A stretch of 64,000 nucleotides of DNA from Patescibacteria group bacterium (GCA_040390725.1 JAZJXT010000002.1:28450-92449), one strand, 5' to 3'. Positions 1 through 9,600 are shown, counted from the stretch's first letter. The notes: generated by a model from the letters alone, not told the origin. Translations and numbers: made by a program.

Positions 1-183
1 CAGTTTCATCCAGAAAGTTCTCCCGGCCCACTCGATACTGATTGGATTTTTGATTACTTTTTAGAAAAGGCGGGGATTTCGCCGAAGCTTAAAAATTTTC
101 TGGCGGACAAAACGGGGCCAGTGCCCGCAGGCGAAAACTTTCAATCTTCAGCGAAATCTAAATACAACAATTATGAAAAATAA
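1..183 (+). CDS. carA: carbamoyl-phosphate synthase small subunit, C-terminal fragment (5' end outside window)
   Basis: Frame-1 translation QFHPESSPGPLDTDWIFDYFLEKAG... matches the conserved CarA C-terminus (FHPE..PGP.D...F..F). TAA at 181-183 overlaps the carB ATG at 173 (translational coupling). Confidence 0.6.
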   Translation, partial: QFHPESSPGPLDTDWIFDYFLEKAGISPKLKNFLADKTGPVPAGENFQSSAKSKYNNYEK

Positions 184-3100
184 ATTTAAAAAAATAATAG
201 TATTAGGGTCAGGAGCTTTGAAGATAGGTGAAGCTGGGGAATTTGATTATTCTGGTAGTCAGGCAATCAAAGCGCTCAAAGAAGAAAAGATAAAAGTTAT
301 TTTGGTAAATCCAAACATCGCGACTTATCAGACTTCGAAAACTTTGGCAGATGAAGTTTACTTTTTGCCGGTCAACGCTTATTTCGTAGAAAAAATAATT
401 AAAAAAGAAAAGCCTGACGGTATAATGCTTTCCTTCGGCGGGCAGACGGCCTTGAATTGCGGGCTTGATTTAGATAAAAAAGGAATTTTGAAAAAATATA
501 ATGTGCAAGTTTTAGGCAGTCCGGTGGCGTCTATTGAACTCACTGAAGACAGGCAGATGTTCGCAGAACATTTGAAAAAAATCGGCATACCTATTCCGCC
601 TTCCGGCGCGGCGGTGAATTTGGAAGAAGCAAAAGTTATTGCGAAAAAAATCGGCTATCCACTTATGGTGCGCGCGGCATTTGCTCTCGGGGGGCAAAAA
701 TCCGGAGTGGTTTATAATGACATCGAACTAAAAGAAATAGTCGAAGGCGCTTTAGCTATTTCAAATCAAGTTCTGATAGAAAAATATTTGCATCATTTTA
801 AAGAAGTTGAATACGAAGTTGTGCGTGATAAATTCGACAATACTGTGACGGTTTGTAATATGGAAAATTTAGACCCGCTAGGCATTCACACGGGGGATTC
901 TATCGTCGTCGCGCCGAGTCAGACTTTGAATAATAATGAATACCACGGATTGCGCGAAGCAAGTATAAAAATAGTTAAAAGTTTGGGAATAGTCGGTGAA
1001 TGCAATGTGCAGTATGCTTTAAATCCGAAACCAAAAAATGGCGAACCTGATTATTTTGTTATCGAAGTAAATGCCAGACTTTCACGATCATCAGCACTTG
1101 CTTCAAAAGCGACAGGTTATCCGCTCGCATATGTCGCTGCAAAGCTCGCGCTAGGGAAAAGTTTACTTGAAATACAAAATAAAATTACAAAAGTGACGCA
1201 GAGTTTTTTTGAACCGGCGCTGGATTATGTGGTGGTGAAAATGCCTCGATGGGATTTGATAAAATTCAAAGGCGCGGAGGAAAAAATAGGGTCTGCAATG
1301 AAGTCCGTCGGTGAAGTGATGGCAATAGGGAGAAGTTTCGAAGAAGCATTGCAAAAAGCTGTGCGAATGCAGTCAGGAATTTTAGAAAGTGTGACCGACA
1401 GTGATTTTATAGATAAAGCTGAACAGAAAAAATATGTAGATACGCCGACGCCGAGGAGGCTTTTTGCTGTTGCGGGTGCGTTGCTAGATGGGCAAAGCGT
1501 TGAATCTTTGCACGACACTACCGGTATTGATAATTGGTTCCTATCCAGAATAGAAAGTATCGTAAAAGCGGAAAAAGAATTTATAAAAAATAAAAAGTTA
1601 GATAAAGAAATTTTTACAGAATTAAAACAACTTGGTTTTTCAGATAAAAAAATAGGACAGCTTTGTGGAAAAACAGAATTTGAAATTCGCAAAATACGAA
1701 AAAATTTCAAAGTTTTGCCTTCGGTATTCGCTATCGATACTTTGGCGGGGGAGGTGCCGGCCAAGACGAATTATTTATATATGACATATCACGGTGGGCA
1801 TCACGACGTAGCCCCGCTCGGTCAGAATGCCATAGCAGTCCTCGGTAGCGGGCCGTATCATATCGGTTCATCGGTGGAATTCGATTGGTCTTCAGTCTAT
1901 GCGAATTTGGCTTTGAAAAAACACGGTAAGAAATCAATAATAGTTAATTGCAATCCGGAAACTGTTTCGACTGACTATGATATGTCGGACAGATTGTATT
2001 TCGAAAATATTTCTTTTGAAACTGTTTCAGATATTTATGAATTCGAAAAGGCGGGCGGGCTGATAATCTCTGTCGGTGGGCAAAGACCGAATAATTTGGC
2101 GAAAAAACTTTCGAAAGAAGGATTTAAAATTTTAGGCACAAAAGCCGAAGACATAGACCGCGCGGAAGACAGAAATAAATTCTCAGCATTGTTAGATAAA
2201 TTAAATATTCTTCAGCCGAAATGGCAGAGTTTTGTAAATATAAAAGATGCGGAGAAATTCGTAGACGAAGAGGGTTTCCCAGTTTTGGTGCGTCCTTCAT
2301 ATGTTCTCTCTGGTAGTGCAATGCGGATTTGTTATAACAAAAATGAACTATATGATTTTGTGACCAAGGCCTCGATACTTTCTCCGGAATATCCTGTCAC
2401 TATTTCCAAATTTATGGAAAATGCTAAAGAATTGGAATTCGATGCTGTTGCGCAAAAAGGGGAAGTGATGATTTATGGGATTTCCGAACACGTAGAAAAT
2501 GCCGGAGTGCACTCTGGAGATGCTACGATAGTTTATCCGACGCAGAGAGTTTACGCTTCGACGGAATTCCAATTGCGAGAAATTTCTAAAAAAATATCTC
2601 ACGAATTAAAAATCACCGGACCATTTAATATACAATTTTTAGTCAAAGACAACAGACCATTTGTTATCGAAGTAAATGTGCGTGCATCGAGAACTTTGCC
2701 ATTTCTTTCCAAGGCAATGGATACGAATTTCCCGGAGATAGCTGTGGATGCATTTTTAGGCAAAGCGAAAAAACACGAATATGTGTATCCGAAAAGTGTC
2801 TTGGTAAAATCTTCACAGTTTTCATTCTCACGTTTACTCGGCGCTGACCCTGTGCTCCGAGTAGAAATGTCTTCGACTGGTGAAGTGGCTTGTTTTGGAA
2901 AAGATTATGATGAAGCATTATTAAAATCAATCCTCTCTGCGAATAAATTTGATTTCAATAAAAAGGCAGTTCTGTTTTCTCTAGGTGGCACGGTGAATAA
3001 AGCAAAATTTTTGGAAGCCGCGCAAACTATATCAAGCCTTGGTTATAAAATTTATGCGACTGATTCTACTGCGGAATTCTTTAAAAATAATGGCGTAGAA

Positions 3101-3382
3101 GCGCAGACTGTCAGCAAGGCATCGGAGCAATCACCCAATACGCTCGATGTGATAGACGGCAAAAAGGTGGCATTTGTGGTAAACTTGAGTGAGACGAAAA
3201 ATAGTGAGAGTAAAAAAGCAGACAATATAAATACCGACGGTTTCCGTATCCGCCGAGCGACAGTCGATAATCAAATTCCATTATTTACTGACCTTCACCT
3301 CGCGCGCGCATTTGTGAAAGCTCTCGCGCATTATAATATAGAAGATTTGGAAATAAAAAGTTATAGAGAATATATAGATTAA
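173..3382 (+). CDS. carB: carbamoyl-phosphate synthase large subunit
   Basis: 1069-aa ORF. N-terminus IIVLGSGALKIGEAGEFDYSGSQA; two ATP-grasp halves; MGS-like C-terminal domain. Confidence 0.95.
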   Translation: MKNKFKKIIVLGSGALKIGEAGEFDYSGSQAIKALKEEKIKVILVNPNIATYQTSKTLADEVYFLPVNAYFVEKIIKKEKPDGIMLSFGGQTALNCGLDLDKKGILKKYNVQVLGSPVASIELTEDRQMFAEHLKKIGIPIPPSGAAVNLEEAKVIAKKIGYPLMVRAAFALGGQKSGVVYNDIELKEIVEGALAISNQVLIEKYLHHFKEVEYEVVRDKFDNTVTVCNMENLDPLGIHTGDSIVVAPSQTLNNNEYHGLREASIKIVKSLGIVGECNVQYALNPKPKNGEPDYFVIEVNARLSRSSALASKATGYPLAYVAAKLALGKSLLEIQNKITKVTQSFFEPALDYVVVKMPRWDLIKFKGAEEKIGSAMKSVGEVMAIGRSFEEALQKAVRMQSGILESVTDSDFIDKAEQKKYVDTPTPRRLFAVAGALLDGQSVESLHDTTGIDNWFLSRIESIVKAEKEFIKNKKLDKEIFTELKQLGFSDKKIGQLCGKTEFEIRKIRKNFKVLPSVFAIDTLAGEVPAKTNYLYMTYHGGHHDVAPLGQNAIAVLGSGPYHIGSSVEFDWSSVYANLALKKHGKKSIIVNCNPETVSTDYDMSDRLYFENISFETVSDIYEFEKAGGLIISVGGQRPNNLAKKLSKEGFKILGTKAEDIDRAEDRNKFSALLDKLNILQPKWQSFVNIKDAEKFVDEEGFPVLVRPSYVLSGSAMRICYNKNELYDFVTKASILSPEYPVTISKFMENAKELEFDAVAQKGEVMIYGISEHVENAGVHSGDATIVYPTQRVYASTEFQLREISKKISHELKITGPFNIQFLVKDNRPFVIEVNVRASRTLPFLSKAMDTNFPEIAVDAFLGKAKKHEYVYPKSVLVKSSQFSFSRLLGADPVLRVEMSSTGEVACFGKDYDEALLKSILSANKFDFNKKAVLFSLGGTVNKAKFLEAAQTISSLGYKIYATDSTAEFFKNNGVEAQTVSKASEQSPNTLDVIDGKKVAFVVNLSETKNSESKKADNINTDGFRIRRATVDNQIPLFTDLHLARAFVKALAHYNIEDLEIKSYREYID

Positions 3383-3403
3383 GAAATAAAAATAAAAGAT
3401 AAC

Positions 3404-4324
3404 ATGGTTAAGCATATTTTAAACACAAAACAATTTACGAAGGATGAAGTGGAGCAGATTTTTTCTATGGTTCCTAAAATGGAAAAAATCTGCTCTGGAA
3501 GTGTGAAAGAAAAACCATTGGAAGGAAAAATAATAGCTACTATTTTTTTCGAACCATCTACTCGCACGCGACTTTCTTTTGAGACTGCGGCTCTCCGCCT
3601 CGGCGCGCAAGTTATCTCTTCGGAAAATGCATCTGCTAATTCTTCTGCGAAGAAGGGTGAAACAGCTGAAGACACCGCTCGAATTCTTTCTTGTTTTGCT
3701 GATGCGATAGTGGTGCGTCATTCTGAAGTTGGCTCAGTCGAGAAGATGGCAAGTGCAGCGACTAAGTCTATGATTAATGCGGGCGATGGTACCAATCAAC
3801 ACCCGACTCAAGGATTGCTCGACCTTTATACAATAAAAAAAGAACTCGGGAAATTGGAAGGTCTTTCCATAGCTTTTGTAGGTGATGTTTTAAATAGTCG
3901 AACTGTTCGTTCACTGTTGCCACTCCTCGCTCTTTACGGCGATAATACTATTTATCTTTTCCCTGTGGGCGGGCAAACTCTTACTGAAGAATATAAAAAT
4001 TATTTGCGTGAACACAAAGTAAAATTTGAAGAAGCAGAAAGCTTGTTAGAAATTTTACCAAAACTCGATGTGTTGTATATGACACGTTTACAAAAAGAGC
4101 GTTTCACCAATCCTGAAGATTACGAAAAAGAAAAAAATTATTTTATTTTAAAACCCGAGCATGTTCAGAAAATGAAAAAAGATTCTATCATTATGCATCC
4201 TCTTCCTCGAGTAGAGGAAATTGATCCTGCTGTCGACTCTGATCCTCGTGCCGCATATTTCCGCCAAGTTCAAAACGGGCTTCTTGTTCGTATGGCATTA
4301 TTACTTTATGTTTTTGGAATTTAA
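3404..4324 (+). CDS. pyrB: aspartate carbamoyltransferase catalytic subunit
   Basis: STRTRLSFE, HPTQGLLDL and HPLPR motifs. Immediately downstream of carB. Confidence 0.9.
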   Translation: MVKHILNTKQFTKDEVEQIFSMVPKMEKICSGSVKEKPLEGKIIATIFFEPSTRTRLSFETAALRLGAQVISSENASANSSAKKGETAEDTARILSCFADAIVVRHSEVGSVEKMASAATKSMINAGDGTNQHPTQGLLDLYTIKKELGKLEGLSIAFVGDVLNSRTVRSLLPLLALYGDNTIYLFPVGGQTLTEEYKNYLREHKVKFEEAESLLEILPKLDVLYMTRLQKERFTNPEDYEKEKNYFILKPEHVQKMKKDSIIMHPLPRVEEIDPAVDSDPRAAYFRQVQNGLLVRMALLLYVFGI

Positions 4325-4335
4325 TATAAAAAAAT

Positions 4336-4378
4336 CACCCCGCTTTGCTGTTTTGATTTAAGCAAGGCAGGGTGGTGT
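4336..4378 (-). terminator. imperfect GC-rich hairpin between convergent pyrB and a minus-strand hypothetical; U-rich only on the minus-strand side
   Basis: caccccgctttgct...agcaaggcagggtggtg arms, preceded on the + strand by an A-run (a U-run for the minus-strand transcript). Confidence 0.35.
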
Positions 4379-4381
4379 GAA

Positions 4382-4705
4382 TTAATTTCCCCTTAGAAAG
4401 GGTATGATTAGGGTATGTTCAATGCTCGGGCACGGTGTCTCATCGTTTGTTTTTAAAACTTTGTGTTTTAAGCCATCCTCAGAGGGATAATCTAAAAAAA
4501 CATGCACCTCATCGTCTATCTTAATAAGAAACATTAATGCCCCATTTCTTTTAGGGTTTTTCTCCTCAATTTCTTTAAGGTATCCTTCTATATATTGTCT
4601 ATTTAGACAATATATTTTTAGCTTTTCTTTAAAAGGCAACAACATTGTTGCTACGGTCCGTCCTTGGACGTGACATTCTTCGGTGTACAGGGGGTCGTCG
4701 TTCAT
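4382..4705 (-). CDS. hypothetical protein (107 aa)
   Basis: ORF only; no recognisable motif. Confidence 0.4.
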   Translation of the reverse strand: MNDDPLYTEECHVQGRTVATMLLPFKEKLKIYCLNRQYIEGYLKEIEEKNPKRNGALMFLIKIDDEVHVFLDYPSEDGLKHKVLKTNDETPCPSIEHTLIIPFLRGN

Positions 4706-4865
4706 ATCTTTTATTTTAAAATTTAAGTGAAAAAATCAAAATCCCCAAAGATTTAGGAACTTGAATTTTTCCACTAAATTTTTTAAATCAAAAAATTTTA
4801 CCCGAATACAATCATAAGGAGCCTTCCATTTAAGGATATTAGTCTTTTATAGCAGAAAGTCAAAT

Positions 4866-5942
4866 TTAGGATTTTTCCAACATATTGAAAACTTTTTCGT
4901 TGGTTAGAACCATCTCGGCGTGCATTTTTGCTCGTTCTGGGTCGGCATCTTTGTAGTGTTCTAGGATATGCGCAACTTCATTCGCAACTTGTTCATCGTC
5001 GGCTTTGATATTTTCTATTTTAGCTATATCGTTTAAAATAAGAGCAAGCTTGGCTTTTTTCTCACCATCTTTGCGGAATTCTTTTTTCAAATCTTCAACT
5101 GTTTTGTTTAAGTGCTTTAAATACTCATCGAATTTCAAACCCATTTGAGTGATGTCGGATTCCATTTTATATAATATTTTACCGACTTCAGATTCAATTA
5201 AAATTTCCGGTAAATCCGCCTTAGTTTCTTCGATTATTTTTTCAATAATTTTTAGACGAGTTTTTTCTTTCGCTTGATTTACTTTTTCGAGCTTTATATT
5301 CTCGCGAAGTTTTTCAGTAAAATCAGCCACGTCCTTGAAGGGTCCGAGAGCTTGCACAAAATCATTATTAAAAGGCGGAAGCTCAGGGGCAAGATTTTTC
5401 TCTTCTTCGGTGGGTGTATGCACTGTGCCGTCTTCGTGAGTGTGAGGTTCTTTCATGTGCATTTTCGGCGCGCGGGATTTGCGGATATCCATAATAGTGT
5501 TTTCCACATCTTCATCAGTCACTTCCACATTTTTTTCTGCATCTGTGGTGTCGGCAATTATTTTCTTTGAGATTTTTTTGTAATCAGGAAGTTTCATTTC
5601 CGGCAAGATTGCGGTTTTGATTTTAAAAGTCAAAGGGTTATTGCGGGCGAGTTTTGTAATCATTATTTCCGGACGGCTGATAGCATCAATTTTATTTTCT
5701 TCCAAAATTTTCGGATAATATTCTGCTAAAGCCATCTCTGCCATTTCTTCCAAAACTCTTATTTCTGGGATATTAGCAGTTAAGATATTCTCTGGGGCTT
5801 TGCCTTTCCTAAAGCCATCCATCTCGAAATTCTCGCCAAGTTTCTTTAAAGCGTTTTTATAATAAGCCTCAAAAACACCGGACTCTATTTCACCCTCCAT
5901 TTCCACCATACTTTGTGGCAATTTGTTTATTTTTATTTGCAT
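4866..5942 (-). CDS. tig: trigger factor (short form, 358 aa)
   Basis: N-terminal ribosome-binding signature GFRKGKAP. Overall TF-like N- and C-domains. Shorter than the canonical ~430 aa (reduced or absent PPIase domain). Confidence 0.8.
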   Translation of the reverse strand: MQIKINKLPQSMVEMEGEIESGVFEAYYKNALKKLGENFEMDGFRKGKAPENILTANIPEIRVLEEMAEMALAEYYPKILEENKIDAISRPEIMITKLARNNPLTFKIKTAILPEMKLPDYKKISKKIIADTTDAEKNVEVTDEDVENTIMDIRKSRAPKMHMKEPHTHEDGTVHTPTEEEKNLAPELPPFNNDFVQALGPFKDVADFTEKLRENIKLEKVNQAKEKTRLKIIEKIIEETKADLPEILIESEVGKILYKMESDITQMGLKFDEYLKHLNKTVEDLKKEFRKDGEKKAKLALILNDIAKIENIKADDEQVANEVAHILEHYKDADPERAKMHAEMVLTNEKVFNMLEKS

Positions 5943-5978
5943 AGGGCTATCCTATACTAAAATAGACTTTTTTTCAAA

Positions 5979-6063
5979 TTTCTACTATAACAAACATATG
6001 TCGACTATCGTAGAAAAGCAAATTGTCTACTATGTCTACATATGGAAGGATAGTAGACAATTT
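5979..6063. promoter_or_regulatory. cluster of GTCTAC-containing repeats including a perfect 14-bp inverted repeat aaattgtctactat / atagtagacaattt (6020-6033 / 6050-6063)
   Basis: Read directly. Additional half-sites tttctactata (5979-5989) and atgtctacata (6033-6043). Located upstream of tig (minus strand) and downstream of ppa. Confidence 0.4.
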
Positions 6064-6084
6064 TGGTGTTTTCGCATGTGGGCA

Positions 6085-6142
6085 TTAAGCAAGAACGGTT
6101 CTTGCTTAAATAGAACTGGGCAACAAACCCTTCAGCGGGTTT
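6085..6142 (-). terminator. two tandem perfect hairpins downstream of ppa (minus strand)
   Basis: ttaagcaagaac g gttcttgcttaa (6085-6109, 12-bp stem) and aaaccc ttcagc gggttt (6125-6142), followed by a G9 homopolymer at 6144-6152. Confidence 0.45.
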
Positions 6143-6175
6143 AGGGGGGGGGTTAAAATAGCAAACATTTATAAT

Positions 6176-6757
6176 TTATTTCTCCAATTTCGGCGCGTAT
6201 TCTTTTTGGTATCTTTCAGCGCATTCTTTGATCACTTTTATCGCTTCTTCTTTTTCGTGAAAAGTTTCCACGACACCGGTGCCGGGCTTTTTCATAGCTT
6301 TGTAATTCTCCCAATAGTATTTGGTTTCTTTTTCCCAATATTCACCGAGGTCTTTATAACTTTTTATGTGATCTGATCTTTTGTCGTCATTTAATACCGC
6401 GATTATTTTGTCGTCTACTTCTCCGCCGTCTATAAATTTCATTATGCCTATTATGCGCGCTTCTACTAATGAACCCGGCACGAGTGGCTCGCTGATGTTT
6501 ACTATTTCTACGTCTAGAGGGTCATTATCTTGATCCCAAGTTTGAGGGATAGCTCCGTAAGTAAAAGGATATGCGAGTGAAGAATATCCGACGCGGTCGA
6601 GTTTGAGTTGTCCGCTTTCTGTTATTATTTCATATTTATTTATTGAACCGGCTGAGACTTCGACAATTACATTTACAACATCATCTTTTGCAAAAGGCGA
6701 AATGACGTGTAAAAGGTTGAGCATGTATTTACTTGGGGGAACGTTTATGTTTGCCAT
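6176..6757 (-). CDS. ppa: inorganic pyrophosphatase (family I)
   Basis: DNDPLDV and EIV motifs. 193 aa. Confidence 0.9.
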   Translation of the reverse strand: MANINVPPSKYMLNLLHVISPFAKDDVVNVIVEVSAGSINKYEIITESGQLKLDRVGYSSLAYPFTYGAIPQTWDQDNDPLDVEIVNISEPLVPGSLVEARIIGIMKFIDGGEVDDKIIAVLNDDKRSDHIKSYKDLGEYWEKETKYYWENYKAMKKPGTGVVETFHEKEEAIKVIKECAERYQKEYAPKLEK

Positions 6758-6827
6758 AGGATTATTATACTTTAATCAAAAAAAAATGCAAAATTTTAAT
6801 TAAATGTATTTATGATACACTTAGGCT

Positions 6828-7313
6828 GTGAATAAAAATACTTTTGCATACATTGATGCTTCAAATTTAAAGTTTGGCGTAAAACAAAGTGGTTGGGATC
6901 TTGATTACAAATCATTCAGGTCTTGGCTTCGTGATAAATTCGGTGTTTCTAAGGCGATACTTTTTATGGGACTTATGCCTGACAATTTTGAATTATATAA
7001 TCATTTGCAAAGCATAGGTTATGATATTTCTTTTAAACCTACTATTACTAGCAAGGAAGGCAAGACAAAAGGAAATGTGGATGGTGAACTTATTTTAACC
7101 ATTGCAAAAGATTTTTTTGAAAATAATTTAGAGAGCGCTGTGCTCGTAGCTGGTGATGGGGATTATCATTGCATTGTGGAATTCTTAAAAGAAAAAAATA
7201 TACATATTAGTATTGTGTCTCCAAACAGAAAATATTTGTCGCTTTTATTGAAAAGAACGAATGTGCCTATAATTATTCTTGATAAATTTATTGAGAAACT
7301 AAAGATAAAATAA
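6828..7313 (+). CDS. NYN-domain (LabA/PIN-like) protein
   Basis: AYIDASNL ... GNVDGEL ... VLVAGDGDY acidic-residue pattern of NYN/LabA-like nucleases. Confidence 0.7.
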   Translation: MNKNTFAYIDASNLKFGVKQSGWDLDYKSFRSWLRDKFGVSKAILFMGLMPDNFELYNHLQSIGYDISFKPTITSKEGKTKGNVDGELILTIAKDFFENNLESAVLVAGDGDYHCIVEFLKEKNIHISIVSPNRKYLSLLLKRTNVPIIILDKFIEKLKIK

Positions 7314-7317
7314 AAAA

Positions 7318-7356
7318 GCCCCCAGATATGCCGTGACATATCAGGGGTCTTTTTCT
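7318..7356 (+). terminator. rho-independent terminator
   Basis: gcccccagatatg-ccgtgac-catatcaggggtc stem (one mismatch) followed by tttttctt. Confidence 0.6.
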
Positions 7357-7439
7357 TGTTTATGAGTATATATTATCATATGTAAAAAATGATGCAAGTT
7401 TTTGCTTTATAATTAAAATTTTGTTATTATTTTATTCAT

Positions 7440-7925
7440 ATGGATGAATCTTGGGTGCCACAACCGTTAAAAGAAGATAATAGACCTGATTATATCAAAA
7501 ATAATGAGGTCAGTACTGGCGAAATAGAATATGGCGGGAAAAAATATTTTTTTACTGTTTTAAAAAAGGAAGTGGGACCAAAAACATTACCTGGTTTTTT
7601 AGGTAAAGATGGCGAACATTTTTTTATTTCAGAAGAAGCGCCTGAAAAATTTAGAGTCTTACAATTAACTCATGAGATTATTGAGTTTACAGAGCTAGAA
7701 GGCAAAAAGGGGAGATGCCTTGAAGCATTAAAACGGGAACTTTTATTAGTACCAGATGAGATTAGAAAGGAATACATTGAATATCGAAGAAATCTTTTTA
7801 ATAATTTAATTCAATATTACAAGAAATTATTAGAAGATAAAAAATTAGAACAGAAAATAAAAGAAAGTTATGAAGATATTGAGAAGGAAATGAAGGGAAG
7901 CTATGAGTATTTGTGTACTTTATAA
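7440..7925 (+). CDS. hypothetical protein (161 aa)
   Basis: ORF only; charged C-terminal half. Confidence 0.4.
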   Translation: MDESWVPQPLKEDNRPDYIKNNEVSTGEIEYGGKKYFFTVLKKEVGPKTLPGFLGKDGEHFFISEEAPEKFRVLQLTHEIIEFTELEGKKGRCLEALKRELLLVPDEIRKEYIEYRRNLFNNLIQYYKKLLEDKKLEQKIKESYEDIEKEMKGSYEYLCTL

Positions 7926-7942
7926 TTAAGTAATTTATTCTG

Positions 7943-9112
7943 CTACTCTTCTTTTGCCACTTCTTCAGTTTCAACTTTATCTCCGTCAGTTTTTGCAACA
8001 GTTTTACCGTCACCTTTTATGTCTATTCTCCAGCCGGTTAATTTTGCGGCTAGGCGCACATTTTGTCCGCCTTTACCGATAGCGAGTGAGAGCTGATCAT
8101 CAGCGACTTCTACTACTGCTTTGTGTTCTTTTTCATCAACATCAATAGAGAGAACTTTGGCAGGGGAAAGGGAATTGGTAATAAATTCTTTTGGATCCGC
8201 AGACCAAGGAATGATATCTATTTTTTCTCCGCCGAGTTCGGCTGTGACAGTATTCACGCGAGCTCCTCTTTGGCCGACGCAAGAACCTACTGGGTCAATG
8301 TGTTCGTCATTTGAGTGAACGGTTATTTTCGAACGAGCTCCAGCTTCGCGAGCGATGGATTTTATTTCCACTACTCCGCTGGCAATTTCTGGCGCTTCAA
8401 TGGCGAAAAGTTTTTCCAAGAATTTCGGATGCGTACGAGAAAGGCGAAGGTTGATGCCTCTTGGGGTGTCTTCGACAGAATACAAATACACGCGAATTCT
8501 TTGACCACGCTGTAAATATTCTCCGGGGATTTGTTCTTCGGCTGGCAAAATACCTGTCGCTCTGGAAAAATCAATGTATGCATTGCCTCGTTCTATTTTT
8601 TGGACAACACCGGAAATTATTTCTCCTTCTTTTATGCCGTATTCATCAATGATAGATGTGCGTTCTGCTTCACGGATTCTTTGGATAATGACTTGTTTTG
8701 CAGTTTGAGCGGCGATGCGTCCATAATCTTCTTTTGCTTCGAGGGCAAAAATGATTTCATCGTTAAGCTCTGCGCCTTTTTTTATTTTCTTCGCATCTTC
8801 GAGTAAGATGTGGTGTTCGTCGTTGAAATAAGGGCGTTCGTCTTCGTCTTTTACTTCGTAATCTTTTTCATCTTCATTTTTTTCATCCATTCGGACGATA
8901 GTGTCATCAACGACGATTTTGATTTGGAAAAAATCGGTCTTACCTGTTTCCATGTCGAATTTCGCGCGGATGATTTGTCCTTTTTTGCCGTAATCTTTTT
9001 TGTACGCGGCGGCCATGGCTTGTTCGATAGCGTCCAATATTTTTTCTTTTGGAATTTTCCTTTCTTGTTCCAATTGTTCTAATGCTGATTTGAATGTTTT
9101 TATGTCTAACAT
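7943..9112 (-). CDS. nusA: transcription termination/antitermination factor NusA
   Basis: N-terminal NusA domain (MLDIKTFKSALEQLEQERKIPKE), S1 domain, and two KH domains (GQRGARVNTV..; AIGKGGQNVRLAAKLTGW). Confidence 0.9.
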   Translation of the reverse strand: MLDIKTFKSALEQLEQERKIPKEKILDAIEQAMAAAYKKDYGKKGQIIRAKFDMETGKTDFFQIKIVVDDTIVRMDEKNEDEKDYEVKDEDERPYFNDEHHILLEDAKKIKKGAELNDEIIFALEAKEDYGRIAAQTAKQVIIQRIREAERTSIIDEYGIKEGEIISGVVQKIERGNAYIDFSRATGILPAEEQIPGEYLQRGQRIRVYLYSVEDTPRGINLRLSRTHPKFLEKLFAIEAPEIASGVVEIKSIAREAGARSKITVHSNDEHIDPVGSCVGQRGARVNTVTAELGGEKIDIIPWSADPKEFITNSLSPAKVLSIDVDEKEHKAVVEVADDQLSLAIGKGGQNVRLAAKLTGWRIDIKGDGKTVAKTDGDKVETEEVAKEE

Positions 9113-9228
9113 AATTGATTTTGTTATATTTTTTAATAAAAAAAGCCCTGTTCTGCAGGACTTTACTGCACCCAGTATAGCATATTAAAATTTTTTACAC
9201 AAGTTATCCACAATGGCTCTATTATTGA

Positions 9229-9594
9229 TTGTCTTTTTGCTTGGTTTGGTTGTATAATATAAACAATATGTCTAAACGAAGTTTTATTGTGTTACTTATA
9301 TCTTTTATTGTTGTTGCTATTTTCGTGTTTTTATATTTTTATATAAATAATCAAGGTATTTTTAATCCAAATTCTTCCAATACTGCTGTAGTTCCAGCCT
9401 CAAATTCAAATGTATCATCTACACCTCAAATAGTGAAAGAGCTCACCGAGTATACACCACCGTCAAAAGACTTAAAAAGCACAAAACAAATCACTAAAGA
9501 GCTCTATTCATTTAAGGTTTCCACTGCTACTAAAACTTCTTCACGAACAGATTTATTAAAAGCATTACAAAGTGTTCAGCCTTCAAGTAATTAA
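9229..9594 (+). CDS. small membrane-anchored Ser/Thr-rich protein
   Basis: N-terminal TM (FIVLLISFIVVAIFVFLYFYI) then a low-complexity S/T-rich tail. Confidence 0.4.
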   Translation: MSFCLVWLYNINNMSKRSFIVLLISFIVVAIFVFLYFYINNQGIFNPNSSNTAVVPASNSNVSSTPQIVKELTEYTPPSKDLKSTKQITKELYSFKVSTATKTSSRTDLLKALQSVQPSSN

Positions 9595-9600
9595 AAAACC

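Noticed and set aside
379-2930. Several 60-180-aa minus-strand ORFs inside carB (379-588, 512-697, 1163-1354, 1225-1764, 1731-1937, 2124-2321, 2348-2602, 2664-2930)
   Set aside because: They are antisense to a highly conserved, clearly coding carB frame; translations are low-complexity with no motifs.
4706-4865. Searched the intergenic gaps (4706-4865, 5943-6175, 9113-9228, 43311-43568, 61837-62063) for tRNA-like cloverleaf signatures (GTTC...GAAC T-arm, CCA ends)
   Set aside because: No convincing acceptor or T-arm pairs were found by eye; I call no tRNA or rRNA in this window. A tRNAscan run would be decisive.
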